From positions 61,938,001 to 62,002,000 of the forward strand of contig OZ336885.1 of NCBI GenBank assembly GCA_965287045.1: a stretch of DNA of 64,000 bases, written 5' to 3'. This document shows positions 63,602 through 64,000 of this stretch, one piece after another (position 1 is the stretch's first letter; each line of letters opens with the position of its first letter). The translations under genes were made by a program, and so were the position numbers. The notes beneath the pieces were generated by a model. That model made no database searches. It worked only from the letters and a program-made list of their open reading frames with translations, and was not told the DNA's origin. Source of the DNA: Carcharhinus amblyrhynchos. Lineage: Eukaryota.

Positions 63602-64000
63602 CTATAGGGAGCTCTGAAAATTCACAGGTCCCTGCAGCACGGGGGTGTTATTCAACGGCATTTGCGCCATTTGCTGGCCTATCTGCTGCTGGTTTTCTCC
63701 CTGCCTGTAAGAGTTCTGTGGGCAATTTCTTTTTATATGTCCTGCTTCCCCGCACCCCCAGCATACGCCTGGAGGGCCAGGCGGCGGTCCCTGCCTTGGA
63801 AGCTGCTGATTTCCCTGTCCCTGTCCTCTCTGATTCTGATAGGGTGGCCTACCACCTCCTTGTCCTTTCCCATTTCTATTCCAGTCAGTCTGATTTTGTG
63901 GGGTATAAGGGTGTTGATAATTTAAGCCATAGCCTCCTGGGTTCATGGACAGCGGGAAGGCAGAAATGTTGTAGGTTATGATGGGCTGGCCTCCATCTCC
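63602..64000 (-). CDS. gag: ERV-B gag C-terminus (nucleocapsid), partial
   Basis: Q/G/P-rich region, CCHC knuckle CWGCGEAGHIKRNC, TAG stop. Confidence 0.9.
   Translation of the reverse strand, partial: GDGGQPIITYNISAFPLSMNPGGYGLNYQHPYTPQNQTDWNRNGKGQGGGRPPYQNQRGQGQGNQQLPRQGPPPGPPGVCWGCGEAGHIKRNCPQNSYRQGENQQQIGQQMAQMPLNNTPVLQGPVNFQSSL

Larger units (their letters stand above)
60093..64000 (-). mobile_element. Endogenous retrovirus ERV-B (epsilon-like), internally deleted, 5' part outside the window
   Basis: gag end, pro-RT, env tail, PPT and LTR on the minus strand. Confidence 0.95.

Noticed and set aside
1-64000. CRISPR arrays, rRNA, true tRNA genes, prokaryotic systems
   Set aside because: None seen; tRNA-like boxes belong to SINEs and the sequence is vertebrate

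Overview
Vertebrate genomic DNA, most likely from a cartilaginous fish (shark-type CR1 LINEs, tRNA-derived SINEs and Penelope termini; this is an inference). I found no intact host gene. Each end of the window carries a different endogenous retrovirus. ERV-A (1-8227, +) has a partial gag, a TAG-readthrough pro-pol, a small transmembrane ORF, an atypical env, a PPT and a 3' LTR. ERV-B (60093-64000, -) has the gag end, a 724-codon uninterrupted pro-RT, an internal deletion that fuses pol to the env tail, a PPT and a 3' LTR. Both ERVs carry an extra domain between protease and RT with two HxT motifs 61-62 aa apart (2H phosphoesterase signature), and both have a perfect hairpin of unrelated sequence directly before the PPT. 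Between them lie a Penelope element split by a Rex1 LINE, a hammerhead-like Penelope terminus, a decayed Gmr1-like Gypsy element, many CR1 and SINE copies, several decayed Ig-superfamily-like exons (tentatively CD2/SLAM-like), and an ~18 kb complex tandem duplication (38.4-56.6 kb). Boundaries of old repeats are approximate and were read by eye.
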